Shown one piece after another: positions 1 to 13,985 of a stretch of DNA of 64,000 bases. Numbering within the stretch: position 1 is the stretch's first letter; each line of letters opens with the position of its first letter. The translations under genes were made by a program, and so were the position numbers. Below the pieces are notes generated by a model that searched no databases, had not been told where the DNA came from, and saw only the letters and a list, made by a program, of their open reading frames with translations. The DNA comes from Pecten maximus (taxonomy: Eukaryota), in assembly GCF_902652985.1 (NCBI RefSeq), contig NC_047020.1, positions 11,222,001 to 11,286,000 of the forward strand. The letters run 5' to 3'.

Positions 1-469
1 TTTAGTATACATGTTTAATTGGCCCATATTGGTTAGCTCGTATAGATAATATTCTTTCAAGACTAATATTATTGAAATGTAAGTAGTTTCAAAGTTAGCG
101 ATATACTACAGCGTAAACTGAAGATGATACTTTTGTGTTTTTAACAGATATTGTGTTTGAACTCTGAAAGATGGCCCTTGCTCTTTTGTCCAATTTGGCT
201 TTTCTTCTATAAATGTTAGATGGAGGACAATTTTTCACATTTGCCGCATGTTTTGATGATGTTAGGGTTGTTGATAAATGGAAATTGTTGAAAGGTTTAT
301 AACAGGTCTATAACATTCGTGTGTTCCATTTTGTCTTTACTAAAGATACTATACAATCACTGGTCTCTATGTCATCACTGTCGTAGGTTGTTATTAAGTG
401 GTGCTTGACTTGTAGGATAAATAATTAGAGGGTATTGATGGTTACTCTATTGACTATAACATTGATTTT

Positions 470-665
470 AACATGCTTGACAGAATATCAGCATTACATA
501 CACATTTTCAGTTTTAGATAAATAGCGTGTGAAATAAGCGTGTAGTCGTTGATCACAGGCAAGATGTGACGTATTGAAGTGCGATAGACCCCAATACATC
601 GTGACGTCTACCTGTTGTTTGATGCAGTATTCTGATGACTTTCGATTCATTCGAATATGAAAAGA
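470..665 (+). repeat. Dispersed repeat; diverged second copy at ~3710-3957
   Basis: Colinear blocks TAAGCGTGTA...TCACA.GCA, ATACAT.GT.ACGTCTACCTG and TTCG.TTCATTC.AAT.TGAAAA occur in both places. Confidence 0.6.
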
Positions 666-3600
666 TAGTCTAGCCACCTGTTACTGTCTCTATATTAATT
701 AACTTTGATGTCTACAATTGTTTATTTATTACATTCGGAACTGAATCACTGTTATATTTGTTTATATTTATGTTAAAGTGTGTATGTGTGTGTGCAAGTG
801 CTTTATGTAACATATTCTGTGTTTATCTTGTGTTAGAAAAATAGTTACTTCCCTTTAATTCCTTTGTTTATGTTATGTATTTCATTTCAAAATATTTAGA
901 CCAATTAATTTATAAGATTGTAATTATATTCGATCACTCAATCCACCATGGAAATAATTTATATAGGCTTGCCTGTTATTCGATCCAATTGATATTAACA
1001 TCATGTCAATAAAATTTGTTGAAATGAAATGAAAAGATAGATTGGTAGATTCCAAGGTAGAAACTAGAAATATACAAATCTCTGACAGTAGATATTTCTG
1101 ATACAGATAAAACTTTGTAAAATCGACCTTTCTGATTTATTTCTCGAATCAGATTCTTCAGAATTTTACAATAATTCTTAATGTGCAAATATATATTCTT
1201 TCATTCTTCTTCCGTAAAATTGTGTAAGAGCGCAATATGATGTTTCATCAAAGATGCGGTATTAATGGCGTTGTGGTGAATATTATGGAATAAGATGCAG
1301 TTGAAATGGCATGTGATCATATCTTTAGCATTCTGTGCTCTGATTTCGATACCAAAATGTAATAAAACATTTATGGTACTTTTTATATCGATAAGATGAT
1401 TTTTGGAGCAAAGTTGACCAATATCAACCTCGGCCTTTACTGTTGATACTGATAAAATGATACAATTTCCCAATTATTAATTTTCCATTTTTTGATAGTA
1501 ACCTACTTGCTTCCCCCACGTGCGGTGTTAACATGCCCCGGTTGATTCATTGACCAATGGCTTGCCCTATTATCACGATTTCCGTGAAAGACGTCGACCT
1601 CTGACTAAGGTATTAACAACAAAATGTTTCGAAAGTTGCAGGGTGATAAAGATCATAGGAAGGTTTTAAAGTCAACATCAGGATCTCGTTTGGAAATCCT
1701 CTAATTAATTATACAATATGAGGTCTGCTTTGTGGATCATTGTTGACATATCTTGTGGTTCTGTTGTCACTACCCGAGGTATCATTTTTGAAAAGTGACC
1801 TCACCCGGATTTGACCTAGATTTATATGGTTGGTGTCGTCGATGAGGTAGAAGGCAATTACTGTTTCAGAACAACTGGTCTGATGTACTTTTTCAAGGTC
1901 AAATATTTACTCATTGTTCATATTTTGCCCTCTATGTATCGATTTTGATTTTGAATTATGTCGTCATTCTTTATTGTTTTTGTAGCCACAACAGCTCGAA
2001 TCTGTTCCCGCATCTTATATAACTACTTCGCATGACATAGGTAAGTAACTTAGCCTAATATAACTGGACGTAAAATTATTCGGATTGTTTATCACGACAG
2101 GTTGTCAAGATCAATTTCAGCGGAACGTTCTATGATTGATGAGTACGAAGTCTTTACTACCAAATATTAAGCAGGGTTTAAGTTAAAAGTAATTCGTAGT
2201 GACCGACCTGTCAGCAGACTTGAAAATCGATGCTAACGTCATGACTAAATACTATAGAATGGTTGATGATAAAATTGTACGGATAACAATTGCATACGTT
2301 TGCAGCTACGTGCAGGGGTATATTATTAATTGAATGTTTTTACTATGACATATTGTCAGATAATTATTTCAATATTGTCACTGTAATATGTCGGAGATAT
2401 CATCATTCCCTACAAAGTCGACATTTGGTAACCTACCTATGTATATTGATCTAAAAAGATAAGTGCAATGGTGTAAAATGTTCCCGTAACAATCAGTGAC
2501 CTATACAATTTTATCTGAGTCAGGTATGATCGACATCATTATGTTTATAATAATTGTTATCAAAACCTTTTGGACAGAACTTAATGAAACTTGACACAAT
2601 TTTTATAATGGTCATGTTTTTGTTCATATCAGTAAACAAAGATGGCCGCCATAGCCTCTGATTGGTTACAAATTTTGAACATTTTATTCGCTGTAACTCT
2701 TTTACTGTTGGTAGAATGTTTGATGAAATTTTGTATATATATGTTGTCTATTGCACTACTAAAACTATGGCGGCATATATTTTTTGAAAAAAAAGCAACA
2801 AACAAAAAACAAGCAAAATAGCCGCCATTTCCCAGCCTCTGATTTATCGAAATGTCAATATTGTACTATTTTAAAAAAAATTGTTATGTAGGTACACCAT
2901 GGAACCAGGAGAAGAAATGAGTGATAATTTGTGAATATGTCAATTTAACATATTATCTAAAAAAAAAATCACAATAGACATAAAAAAAACTCAAGCTTAC
3001 TTGACCAATGAAATACTCCAACGGCGAGGACCAGTATCCTTTTAGGTTTCTTGTCAATCTTTTTTGGTAGGGGCGTTGCTTACCTTAACTTAAATGATTT
3101 CATGTAACAGTCAACTTGACCTGATTGGCCTTGTTCTGAACAAAAAATGTCGGATGCTGACAATAAAAAAACAACCAACCCAGCAACCATGGCATGGTCG
3201 AGAAGCAGAAGACGCACAACCCTCTGAACATCTGGTCTAGAATATACGCCGGTTAAATATCTATACATCGTATTGTTAATATTGCGGTCATTTGATGTTG
3301 ATATAGATTAATAATCATTTTATCGTTACGCATTCATATCAGGTACTAATATTTGTTGTACAAGATTTATTTGCCCGTACTGACAAGATCGGTTAGATAT
3401 ATTATGTAGAAACAGATGGTATTAAAGTATTCAGCATGTTACTCCACCGGATGTAGGCGAGGCCGCTGGGAAATCGCTTGTTGGGCGGTGTTCTTAAGTG
3501 TTTTTTTTTTTTTTTTTTTTTACATTTACATGAATATATTTGTAAAAGTTTTGTACTGTTCATTACGTGTCTAGATCATTCGTAAAGGTCAATACAAGAA

Positions 3601-4834
3601 AACGATAAAACCATGTTATTATTAACTTGATATCTTTTGATATTTTACTTCTAAAGTATTTTTAGATGATGTTAATGATTTCGCAGTTGATTTTTGTATT
3701 GAATTGAACATGTTTAACAGATTATCTGTATTACCTGTCACAATTGTTTTCTACGTTTTATATTCATATGTTAAAATGATGAAATTGTTTCTGCGACATA
3801 TTACTGTGTGGAGTAAGCGTGTAATCATCTGTCACAAGCACACGATACCATGTATGGAGTCTTATTGGGTATATGGTATATAATAAGACTCCATACATTG
3901 TAACGTCTACCTGTAGTATTCTGATGCATGACCTTCGCTTCATTCAAATCTGAAAAAACCTATTGGGGAAAATAGGTAAAACAGGACTGTTTAGTCAATA
4001 CTATATGTCTATCATCGCCGCAGTCAAGTAGGAGATGTTTTATACTTCATTTATAGAACTATACATATAGATACAGTAATCATACAGGTATCTTATATCC
4101 GTGCTCTATCATAGTCATAGCATCTGGAATCTATTTCCGAAACTCATAAAACTGAAAACTCCACATGACACAGATAAGCAATTCAAAGACAGTAAGACGG
4201 AGAATTCTGATTGTTTGTCAGTAAAGGTCGACATATTATTTTGTTGTCCTTGTTAAGTGTAGCGTTATTTAAACGTCGAAATTTTCTCTTCTACTGATTC
4301 CAGTGTTTTCTGTTTCGTCTTTTTGTCTTTAAAAACATCTAAGTGAAAGGAATGGAGATTTACCGGTGTCCGTTACATACTGGTGTATACAGAATATGTC
4401 AATGTTATTATTCGAGTTTCGCACAAGTGAAAAATCAATATTAAGTTATTTAGGAGTGAAGTATTTCAGCTGTGAATACAATTCTACAGTACATCAAGTA
4501 ATAGAACTTTCGATACATTAAGTAATATTCGAGAAAAATGTATTTAAGTCAGCAAGATAAAATAAACAACGACAGCAAACTTTGAATGTTCAATTTATGA
4601 CTTTATATAATAAAGTACAGGCATTAAATCAAACACATAATGATTTTAACAACAAGTTACAATACTTCTGCATGTATGTGGCAGTGACATGAAAAGGCTG
4701 GTACCCAATGTGGGTTAAATGTTTTCAGAAGTCCGTTTCTAATCATCAAACAAAAAATATTATTCGTTATTTGTACAGAGAGTACGTATACTTATTGTAA
4801 AAATGATGATAAAATGGAAATATGGAAATTCAAT

Positions 4835-5405
4835 ACATTATCACGATATTGTTACTAGTATCATTTTTGTTAACCTATACGGCATTGTTACTAGAATCAC
4901 TTTTGTCACCCTTTACAATATTGTTACTAGAATCACTTTTGTCACTCTTTAGATATTGTTATTCCCACAACTGTTTTCACTCTACACGATATTGTTACTA
5001 GTATCACTTTTGTCGCTCTTTACAAATATTGTTACTATATATCACTTTTGTCACTCTTTACAATATTTTTTTAGTATCACTGTTGTCACTCTTTACGACA
5101 TTGTTACTATATATCACTTTTGTCACTCTTTACGACATTGTAACTATATAACACTTTTGTCACTCTTTACAATAAATGTTACTGATAACACTTTTATCAC
5201 CCTTTACGATATTTGTTAGTATCACTTTGTCACCCTTTACGATATTTGTTAGTATCACTTTTGTCACTCTTTACAATATTGTTACTAGTATCACGTTTGT
5301 CACTCTTTACAATATTTTTTTAGTATCACTTTGTCACTCTTTACAATATTGTTACTAGTATAACTTTTGTCACTCTTTACGATATCGTTATTAGTATAAC
5401 TTTTG
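4835..5405. repeat. Degenerate ~38-39-bp minisatellite (probably in the PH-like gene 3' UTR)
   Basis: Repeated TTTGTCACTCTTTACAATATTGTTACTAGTATCACT-like units, about 15 copies. Confidence 0.9.
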
Positions 5406-5464
5406 ACATTCCAAACAGACCACAAGCACCTCTTCCATACAGTTACCCATATATAGCGATATAC

Positions 5465-5635
5465 AAAAAGTACACCATACTCGTACCGAGGTGGTACACC
5501 AGCCGGATAATATCTCATCAAAAAGTACACCATACCCGTACCGAGGTGGTACCCCAGCCGGACAATATCTCATCAAAAAGTACACCATACCCGTACCGAG
5601 GTGGTACACCAGCCGGACAATATCTCATCAAAAAG
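5465..5635. repeat. 55-bp tandem repeat, 3 copies
   Basis: AAAAAGTACACCATACCCGTACCGAGGTGGTACACCAGCCGGACAATATCTCATC starting at 5465, 5520 and 5575, directly after the PH-like stop codon. Confidence 0.95.
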
Positions 5636-5640
5636 ATATG

Positions 5641-6120
5641 TTACACTTCCGACTCCTCGTTCAGTTCCTGTAACATCGGCATCAATGGACATTTAGGCAT
5701 CACAAGAGGATTGGACCTGCGGCGAATACATTGGATTAATTGTGTTGGCTGTAATACTGATATCCAGTCAGCAACTTCATCAGAATATGTCGTCTGGAAA
5801 GTTACCACACCTCCCTCCGCATTGTCCGGGATCACTACAATGTCTCTATCACAAGTATCACTTGTCATAACAACACAAGACTTCAAACTCACGTACAGAG
5901 AATTGTTTGTCAGACTTTTACTGCAACATACCACTGCGTAGTGTTCGAAAAAGTTCCTGTACACCCGTACAAACACTGGCACCCTGACCGTAACACCGTG
6001 TTGGTGTCGTAACATGAACAACTGGCCTGACTTCACTTCGTAGTCGCCATCGGCCTTGGCTGATGAACTTTGTACACATTGACAAGAGTACTGCTGCTGC
6101 TGTTCAACTCCTACAGACAT
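5641..6120 (-). CDS. Small PH (pleckstrin homology)-domain-like protein, 159 aa, single coding exon
   Basis: Uninterrupted ATG-initiated ORF, more GC-rich than its flanks. Shows a PH-like layout: beta1 'VKSGQLFM', several beta strands, and a C-terminal helix 'EVADWISVLQ' with the conserved Trp. An upstream TATA box and splice donor support a real gene. Confidence 0.7.
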   Translation of the reverse strand: MSVGVEQQQQYSCQCVQSSSAKADGDYEVKSGQLFMLRHQHGVTVRVPVFVRVYRNFFEHYAVVCCSKSLTNNSLYVSLKSCVVMTSDTCDRDIVVIPDNAEGGVVTFQTTYSDEVADWISVLQPTQLIQCIRRRSNPLVMPKCPLMPMLQELNEESEV

Positions 6121-6391
6121 TGTTCTTTATTGGCCGGTATAACTACCTCGCTTCAAGGGGATTCAAAAGACGTATGCGTAACTTTTATCACTCCTGTCGT
6201 GATAAGGATGTTAAATTCCTAGTCTACTGGAAGCACTTGTAAGTATATCCTGATCACCATAGAACAGTTATTCAATATATCTGTTTAAATGGTACTACTG
6301 TTATAGTATAGTCCGAGTCCTCAGAAATATACTGCTGTTTAGTCTATTAAATGATCAGCGTTAAATACATGTAATATACTTCTATTCGTAC

Positions 6392-6489
6392 CTGTTTGAT
6401 GTTACAGTGTATTTCCTCCGCTGAAACAGAGCGACATTTGCTAGTGTATCTGATATACTGTAAGTCACCACAAGACACCTATTTATATA
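6392..6489 (-). promoter_or_regulatory. Putative core promoter and 5' UTR exon of the PH-like gene
   Basis: Minus-strand TATATAAATA at 6489-6480, Inr-like CAGT about 30 nt downstream (~6459), and donor CAG|GTACG at 6392/6391. Confidence 0.45.
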
Positions 6490-7437
6490 CTTCGTCATGG
6501 TAAGTAGATTGGCGTTCGATTAGCAGGTTTTCCACGGCACGTTTTCAAACACGCATTGGAATTGATCAGTGGGATGGGCGGTACCAACATATCCGGTAAG
6601 TAGAAACTGAATACCTGCTCAGACAATCTATGTAATCCTATCAGTAAATAAAACACTAGCAGGTTTTTATTTTGATTATTCTCTAGTGTTTTATTTAACT
6701 AGCTCTATTATATGGGCCTTCTCCAATTAGCAATCGACAGCAATTTCTAGAATATGTTTTCTGGACAACCGTAAATTGCATGACTACAATGTACGGGGAA
6801 TCGACATATAACAATAGTGACCTCAATCTTTGACCTCACATAAACTGTTTCGTAATCTAAATCATAACAGACGCTGATGCACTGATAATTATATATCAAT
6901 ATATACGTTCTGTGTTGCATTTCCCGATACGTCGTTAGCAAATCAAATTGTAATTATGAGACTGTATACTACAATTAACAGTGATTCATGTGAGTGTAGG
7001 AATACAGCCCCATGTGGTCTAGGTAAAACAAATTAAAAATGTCTGCCAAGTACTTTCGGTGTCAACAGGCCTAGAAAAAACATTAAGTAACAGAAGCCAC
7101 CACAAATATAAAGCAAATTCAAAAGTTCTTGCGCTACATTTTTTTAATAAGAACTGTAGATCTATGTTTCACAAAAATATCATAAGCGCTATTCTAGACA
7201 CGAAAGTAACTTATTTGTCATCGTCGTCACATGGGCTCGTCTTCGAATTTCGAGAATAATAAAAGTACAAAAACCTTGTGAAAATCATGAATATCGATTA
7301 GTTTTCAGATGTATATATAATTGATTTTAAGTATTGTAGTTTTTCACTAATGTGTACTCCTAAAACCAAACCGGGCCCTTGGGAACATCGTCTGCTACTC
7401 GAGACACTAATCCGACAAGTCAAACCGAGCCCCCAAT

Positions 7438-7891
7438 AACATCAAGAAGCCAAGAGGGCCTGTATAGCTCATCTGGATATTTAAGTAATTATGGCAAAAT
7501 ACCACATCCTTCATTTATTCAACATCATATGTCATTTGGCCAATAATGCTCCAGACCGGTTTTTATCAAAATCCATTCATGCATTCAGGAAAAGTAGGGA
7601 TTTTAAAGAATTCCTTCAATTTCCTCTATTTTGCCCAGCCCCACCGGCCCCAGGGGAGTCACACCCTCCATTATAATGCTCCATACCAAATTTCATAATA
7701 AAAAAAACTAAAAAAAACTAATTAAAACAAAACAATCAAGCATCCAGACAAGTAGGGATTTTAAAGAATTCACATTGTACTTCCATTTTCTCTTTTGGGA
7801 ACACCCCTCCTGGCCCCAGGGAGACACACCCTCCATCTATATAACGTTATATCTCCTTAGCCCAATAATGCTCCAGACCAAATGTCATAGC

Positions 7892-7922
<31 letters not shown>

Positions 7923-8210
7923 AAAAAAAACCCCAAAACAATCAAGCATCCAGGACTGATAGGGATTTAAATGATTTACTTCTATTTACCCCTATTGGGC
8001 CGACCCCCTCCGGACCATGGGGAGCCACATCCTTCGTTTATATAACGTTAGCTCTCCCTTGGCAAATAATGCTCAAGATTAAATATCATCAAAATCCATT
8101 CAGGCGTTCAGGACGAGTAAGCATTTTAAGGAAATGTTGACGGACGGACGGACCGACGAACGGACGCTGCGCAATGGCATAAGCCAATCGGACTAGGTGA
8201 ACTAAAAAGT
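7438..8210. mobile_element. Non-autonomous Helentron/HINE (pearl-like) element
   Basis: Begins ACATCAAGAAGCCAAGAGGGCC...AGCTCATCTG, has internally repeated ~190-240-bp modules, a (GACG)n microsatellite at 8139-8167, and ends AGGTGAACTAAAAA. Same architecture as 61457-62105. Confidence 0.6.
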
Positions 8211-11200
8211 AACAAAAACGCTTATATGAATGTATGATGCCCGTCAAAAGGGCGACATTCTTTTTATCTGATGACAGTTCAATGCTTAACCATGTCTCTT
8301 AAAAATGGTAAATGTGACTACATCAAAATGATAATATAAAAATCTTTTTATTGTATTTTTGTAATGTAACGTCTTGTCTTTGCAAATATTTTACTCCCCA
8401 TGCAGGAATGAAACTGAAGATAAGATAAACATTTAATTTCATTTTTTGGCCTATCAATGTTTTGACATCTTGTTTTCTCATTTAATTCATACACGTTTTA
8501 ATTGAGTATTTTAGTATCCATATCAATTTAACCAATTACTCCCCTTTGATTGTTCAATTAAAATTTCCCCAAATATTGCTACCCGTTAACCTTTATGATA
8601 AGATATCTCCAAAAATGACTATATTGTTATGAATATTATAGACATATAAGTTATATTTGCAAGTACAGTAGGAGAGCCCTACTGCGTGAGGACAACACTA
8701 TTGTTCGGGGAGATGAGCCCAGGGCTCCCCAACACTGACAACTATCAAATACAGAAGTGTGTATACAATTACTGCTTAGCCATAAGGGTATACACCCATT
8801 TAGGATATTTCCAGCTGGGGGAAGAACATTTTTGTACCGTAAAAAAAAAAAAAAAAAAAAATGAAAAGAGAGAGAGAGTATAAGTTAATACTAATCATTA
8901 TTCAAATAGAAAATAGACATTTGTTCAGTACCGATAGTGTTTAGTGTGTGACTTGTACTACATATTGTTTTATAGACAGATATGGCGTCATCATTTTCGT
9001 GACAACAGAGAACCTAATAGCAAATGAACTACAATCAGTGTGTTACATACAGGTGTAAGCCGACCCGCTACGTGAACGGTAAGTAGGCTGACTGTCTGAT
9101 GTATCACTATGGTATAAGCTTACAAATGCATGAGTCCCATTATTCGAATGGACACGAAAAGTTTGATGTTAATGCGCAATTAACTTCCGATGTGATAAAG
9201 ATTGGCAAGTAATCAGTAATCAGATAAATTGTTGCGACTTAAGGTCAACGGACCTCTGTTCCAGGACAATGGTGAAGGTCAAGTCACTGACAATGTTTAC
9301 AAACATTACGTGTCTGCAAAAGTAAACAGACTTTATTTTCGTTATTCTTTGGCTAATAATAACAAAAAGAACTATTCTTCCAATATTAAGTACTTCTTAC
9401 TGAATGGTTATATTCTGTACAAAAAGAAAACAATAACAACTTTCCTCATAATTAAATAATTTTCAATTTCTACCCTTAAAAACAACAATAATGGAAAGGA
9501 AATAAATCAAGAGGATGAATGGTTGATGTCTCTAAAGCCAAAATCACATTATCACGCAAAGCCAACAGAAACTGAATTCTACGATGATCTAACTAAAGAT
9601 ATTCACAAACATCCTACCGGTAAACGGACGATTGTCGGAGGTCATTTTTATTCCTTTCCTGTAAAACATCAAGGACTATGACACAATCGGGTTCTCCTGA
9701 CAACAAATACACGCTGTTATCGGAATAACTGTATAAGGTATTGTAACTAACCCTTTCGATCAGAATTTGTTAGAGTGGGGTATGATCAATAGTTGCTATC
9801 AGAAATTAATATAGATTTATAAATGCTGGATGTAAAGTAGTTCTTTAGATGCTTTAAATAAGTTAAGTTCAAGGGCGACAATACGGTTGATAAAGTGATA
9901 ACTGCTAATTATTCCCAATAACTGTATAATATAAAGCTACAGTTTCAATATGCGTTATTAATTGTATACATTTCTATCAATATACCTATACTTTACTTAC
10001 TCTTTAGAAAAGTACATGTATATATTTGTACAAATATATTTATACCACTCATGATTCTGTAGGCGTCACACTGTTCCGAAATTGAAACAGGATGGAAACA
10101 AGAAATATTGAATTTTCAAATTCAGCACTGATCGTGAAAGCATCGGGCCATTCGTGAGGGCATTTCGACCCATCGCATGGTCGCCGGTGTATTGTCGCAG
10201 GCTTCGTGAGTAATGTCAAAATATTTGACATGCCGAAAATTGCCCGAAGACCTTGCAAATGTTCATTATCGTATCAAAATCATTTGTTCATCTTGTCCTC
10301 CATAAGGCCATTATGCATCTTGTCAAATCGTGTCATTTACGTCATCTCTTTGTGTGGTCCTCGGTGGCATTGGGCATATTTCTCCTCACGAATACACTAC
10401 GAAGGAAACAAGAAACTGTCTGATGGTCTTAGGAAGGTAACACGACTACGTGAAGCCCTCGCAATGCCGCAATGTAGCCATTATATCATAGCACGTTGAC
10501 ATCGAGACGGTGTTGACTAAGACAACTGAACTTCGGCTTCTCCAGGCAATTATTTTCCATGTCCCATATACAATAAATCGATATACCTTAGATCCAAGAG
10601 GGATCTTGGCGCCAAACATTGTATGATTTATATCAGCCAATTCAAAGACCGGTCATTTCCCTGCTTCTCCCTTCTTTCCTAGAACTACATATGAAGTCTA
10701 CGTAGAAGTAGGTAATTTCAAAATTGCTTCTGTTATCAAAATCCAAGATGACTGCCTGTTGGTCTTGGTTCTCCCCCGATATGTCCCAAAATGGGGAACA
10801 TGCACAACTAGGGACATAAAAACAGTATTCCAGTATGACTACAACCCCATCTTTATCGTATTTAAATGGTAGTTAGAAGTTAGAATGTTTTATGTAGAAA
10901 CCTCCTAATGACTAGCAGTGCGGTTTAATTTTTAGACTGGTCGAAAAAGCAAAATTGCAGAGAGACATTACAGTATTTGGTTGCTAGCACAGAAATGTAA
11001 TCTTCCTAGAATTTCGTAGACACCCCTTGCGGCTAATAGTTATGACATCATAGACAGCCGTATAAAATATACCTGCATATAACACTAAAACAAACATCTG
11101 AAAAAATGTTCATTTACCCTTATATCAAAAATCTATACATCTGTTGTATTTTGGATTCTGACAAATAAACAGGCCAATGTTAACATGTTGCTGGGAAAAA

Positions 11201-11289
11201 GTACAGAGATAATGAAATGACCCGCCGCTATGGCACACCTGAAGCCGAGTCAGTGACAAATTACTATATACAGTGTAGTTTACTACTTT

Positions 11290-12930
11290 CAAATGACTAA
11301 ATGGTTCACTACTGTGACATTCATCTAGTTGAATCAGTAACAAGTGACTAGATGGTTCACCACTATGACACACCTCTAGTTGAATCAGTAACATGTGACT
11401 AGATGGTTCACCACTGTGACATACCTCTAGTTGAATCAGTAACATGTGACTAGATGGTTCACCACTGTGACATACCTCTAGTTGAATCAGTAACAAGTAA
11501 CTAGATAGTTCATCACTGTGACATACCTCTAGTTGAATCAGTAACAAGTGACTAGATGGTTCATCACTGTGACATACCTCTAGTTGAATCAGTAACAAGT
11601 GACTAGATGGTTCATCACTGTGACATACCTCTAGTTGAATCAGTAACAAGTGACTTGATGGTTCATCACTCTGACATACCTCTAGTTGAATAAGTAACAA
11701 GTGACTTGATGGTTCATCACTGTGACATACCTCTAGTTGAATCAGTAACATGTGACTAGATGGTTCACTACTGTGACATACCCCTAGTTAAAGCAGTAAC
11801 AAGTGACTAGATGGTTCACCACTGTGACATACCTCTAGTTGAATCAGTAACAAGTGACTAGATGGTTCATCACCGTGACATACCTCTAGTTGAATCAGTA
11901 ACAAATGACTAGATGGTTCATCACTGTGACATACCTCTAGCTGAGTCAATAATAAGTGACTAGATGGTTCACTACTGTGATATACCTGTAGCTGAGTCAG
12001 TAACAAGTGACTACATGGTTCACTACTGTGACATACTTTTAGTTAAATCAGTAACAAGTGACTAGATGGTTCATCACTGTGACATACCTCTAACTGAGTC
12101 AGCAACAGGTGACTAGATGGTTCATCAACGTGACATACCTCTAGTTAAATCAGTAACAAGTGACTAGATGGTTCACTACTGTGACCATTCATCTAACCGA
12201 ATAAGTAACAAGTGACTAGATGGTTCACCAATGTGTCAAACCTCTAGTTGAATCAGTAACATGTGACTAGATGGTTCACTACTGTGACATTCATCTAGTT
12301 GAATCAGTAATAAGTGACTAAATGGTTCATCACTGTGACATACCTCTAGTTGAATCGATAACAAGTGACTAGATGGTTCACCACTATGACACACCTCTAG
12401 CTAAGTCAATAACAAGTGACTAGATGGTTCCCCACTGTGACATACCTCTAGTTGAATCAGTAACAAGTGACTAGATGGTTCATCACCGTGACATACCTCT
12501 AGTTGAATCAGTAACAAGTGACTAGATGGTTCATCACTGTGACATACCTCTAGTTGAATCAGTAACAAGTGACTAGATGGTTCACCACTGTGACATACCT
12601 CTAGTTGAATCAGTAACAAGTGACTAGATGGTTCACCACTGTGACATACCTCTAGTTAAATCAGTAACAAGTGACTAGATGGTTCATCTCTGTGACCATT
12701 CCTCTAACCGAATCAGTAACAAATGACTAGATGGTTCACCAGTGTAACATACCTCTAAATGAATCAGTAACAAGTGACTAGATGGTTCACTACGGTGACC
12801 ATTCCTCTAACCGAATAAGTAACAAGTGGCTAGTTGGTTCACCACTCTTACCATACCTCTAGTTGAATAAGTAATACGTGACTAGATGGTTCACCACTGT
12901 GATAAACCTATATCTGTATCAGTTACAAGC
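11290..12930. repeat. 51-bp minisatellite, about 32 copies
   Basis: Unit CATACCTCTAGTTGAATCAGTAACAAGTGACTAGATGGTTCATCACTGTGA. It produces the spurious 17-aa-periodic ORFs. Confidence 0.97.
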
Positions 12931-13279
12931 AACTAGCTTGGTTTATACGAGTCTATTAGCATTACTCTACCCTCCATGCATGATCCCTGGTACAGTCCAC
13001 TACACAGACTTAGTGAATCATGATGACATCTTGTTGTCAACATGACAATGACTTGATCCATTTAGACTTATAGTTTATTTCTATAATCTGATCATACTGC
13101 ATAACCTAATCGGATTTCTTATCTCCATGTCAGACTCACACTTACCTTCTCATGATGTCAACAAAAACACATATACACATATCCTCTGATGTGTTCTTGG
13201 ATAGAGTCTGGGATCAGATGGACGGTTCTTATGTGTTCTTTTTCGGTTTATCATAATATCATTTGGGTGTCTTCTATTT

Positions 13280-13985
13280 CCTCGTGGGGTATGGCATTAG
13301 ACTTTCGTGGGGTATGACATTAGACTTTCGTGGGGTATCACTATACTTTCGTAGGGTATGGCATTAGACAGTATGGCATTAGACAGTATGACATTAGACT
13401 TTCGTGGGGTATGGCATCCGACTTTCGTGGGGTATGACATCCGACTTTCGTGGGGTATGGCATTAGACTTTCGTCGGGTATGACATTAGACTTTCGTGGG
13501 GGTATGACATTAGACTCTCGTGGGGGTATGACATCCTACTTTCGTGGGGTATGACATCCGACTTTCGTGGGGTATGGCATTAGACTTTCGTCGGGTATGA
13601 CATGAGACTTTCGTGGGGTATGACATCCGACTTTCGTGGGTATGGCATTAGACTTCCGTGGGGTATGATATCCGACTTTCGTGGGGTATGGCATTAGACT
13701 TTCGTGGGGTATGGCATTAGACTTTCGTGGGGTATGACATTAGACTTTCGTGGAGTATGACATCCGACTTTCGTGGGGTATGGCATTATACTTTCGTGGG
13801 GTATGACATCCGACTTTCGTGGGGTATGGCATTAGACTTTCCTTGGGTATGACATCCGACTTTAGTTGGGTATGACATTAGGCTTTCGTGGGGTATGACA
13901 TTAGACTCTCGTTTGGTATGACATCCGACTTTCGTTGGGTATTATATTAGACTCTCTTTGGGTATGACATCCGACTTTCGTGGGG
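13280..13985. repeat. 23-bp minisatellite, about 30 copies
   Basis: Unit GACTTTCGTGGGGTATGACATTA with a ...CATCC variant; ends at the palindrome GGGGTCGACCCC. Confidence 0.95.

Noticed and set aside
7775-8140. Polyproline-containing ORF
   Set aside because: Arises from a C homopolymer (7891-7920) inside a HINE-like element.
10050-10560. GC-richer segment with short ORFs on both strands
   Set aside because: No recognisable protein motif or clear termini. Probably a TE fragment, but not supportable from the sequence alone.
11125-12619. ORFs with the 17-aa repeat LLLIQLEVCHSDEPSSH
   Set aside because: By-product of the 51-bp minisatellite; stops occur in variant units and there is no gene structure.
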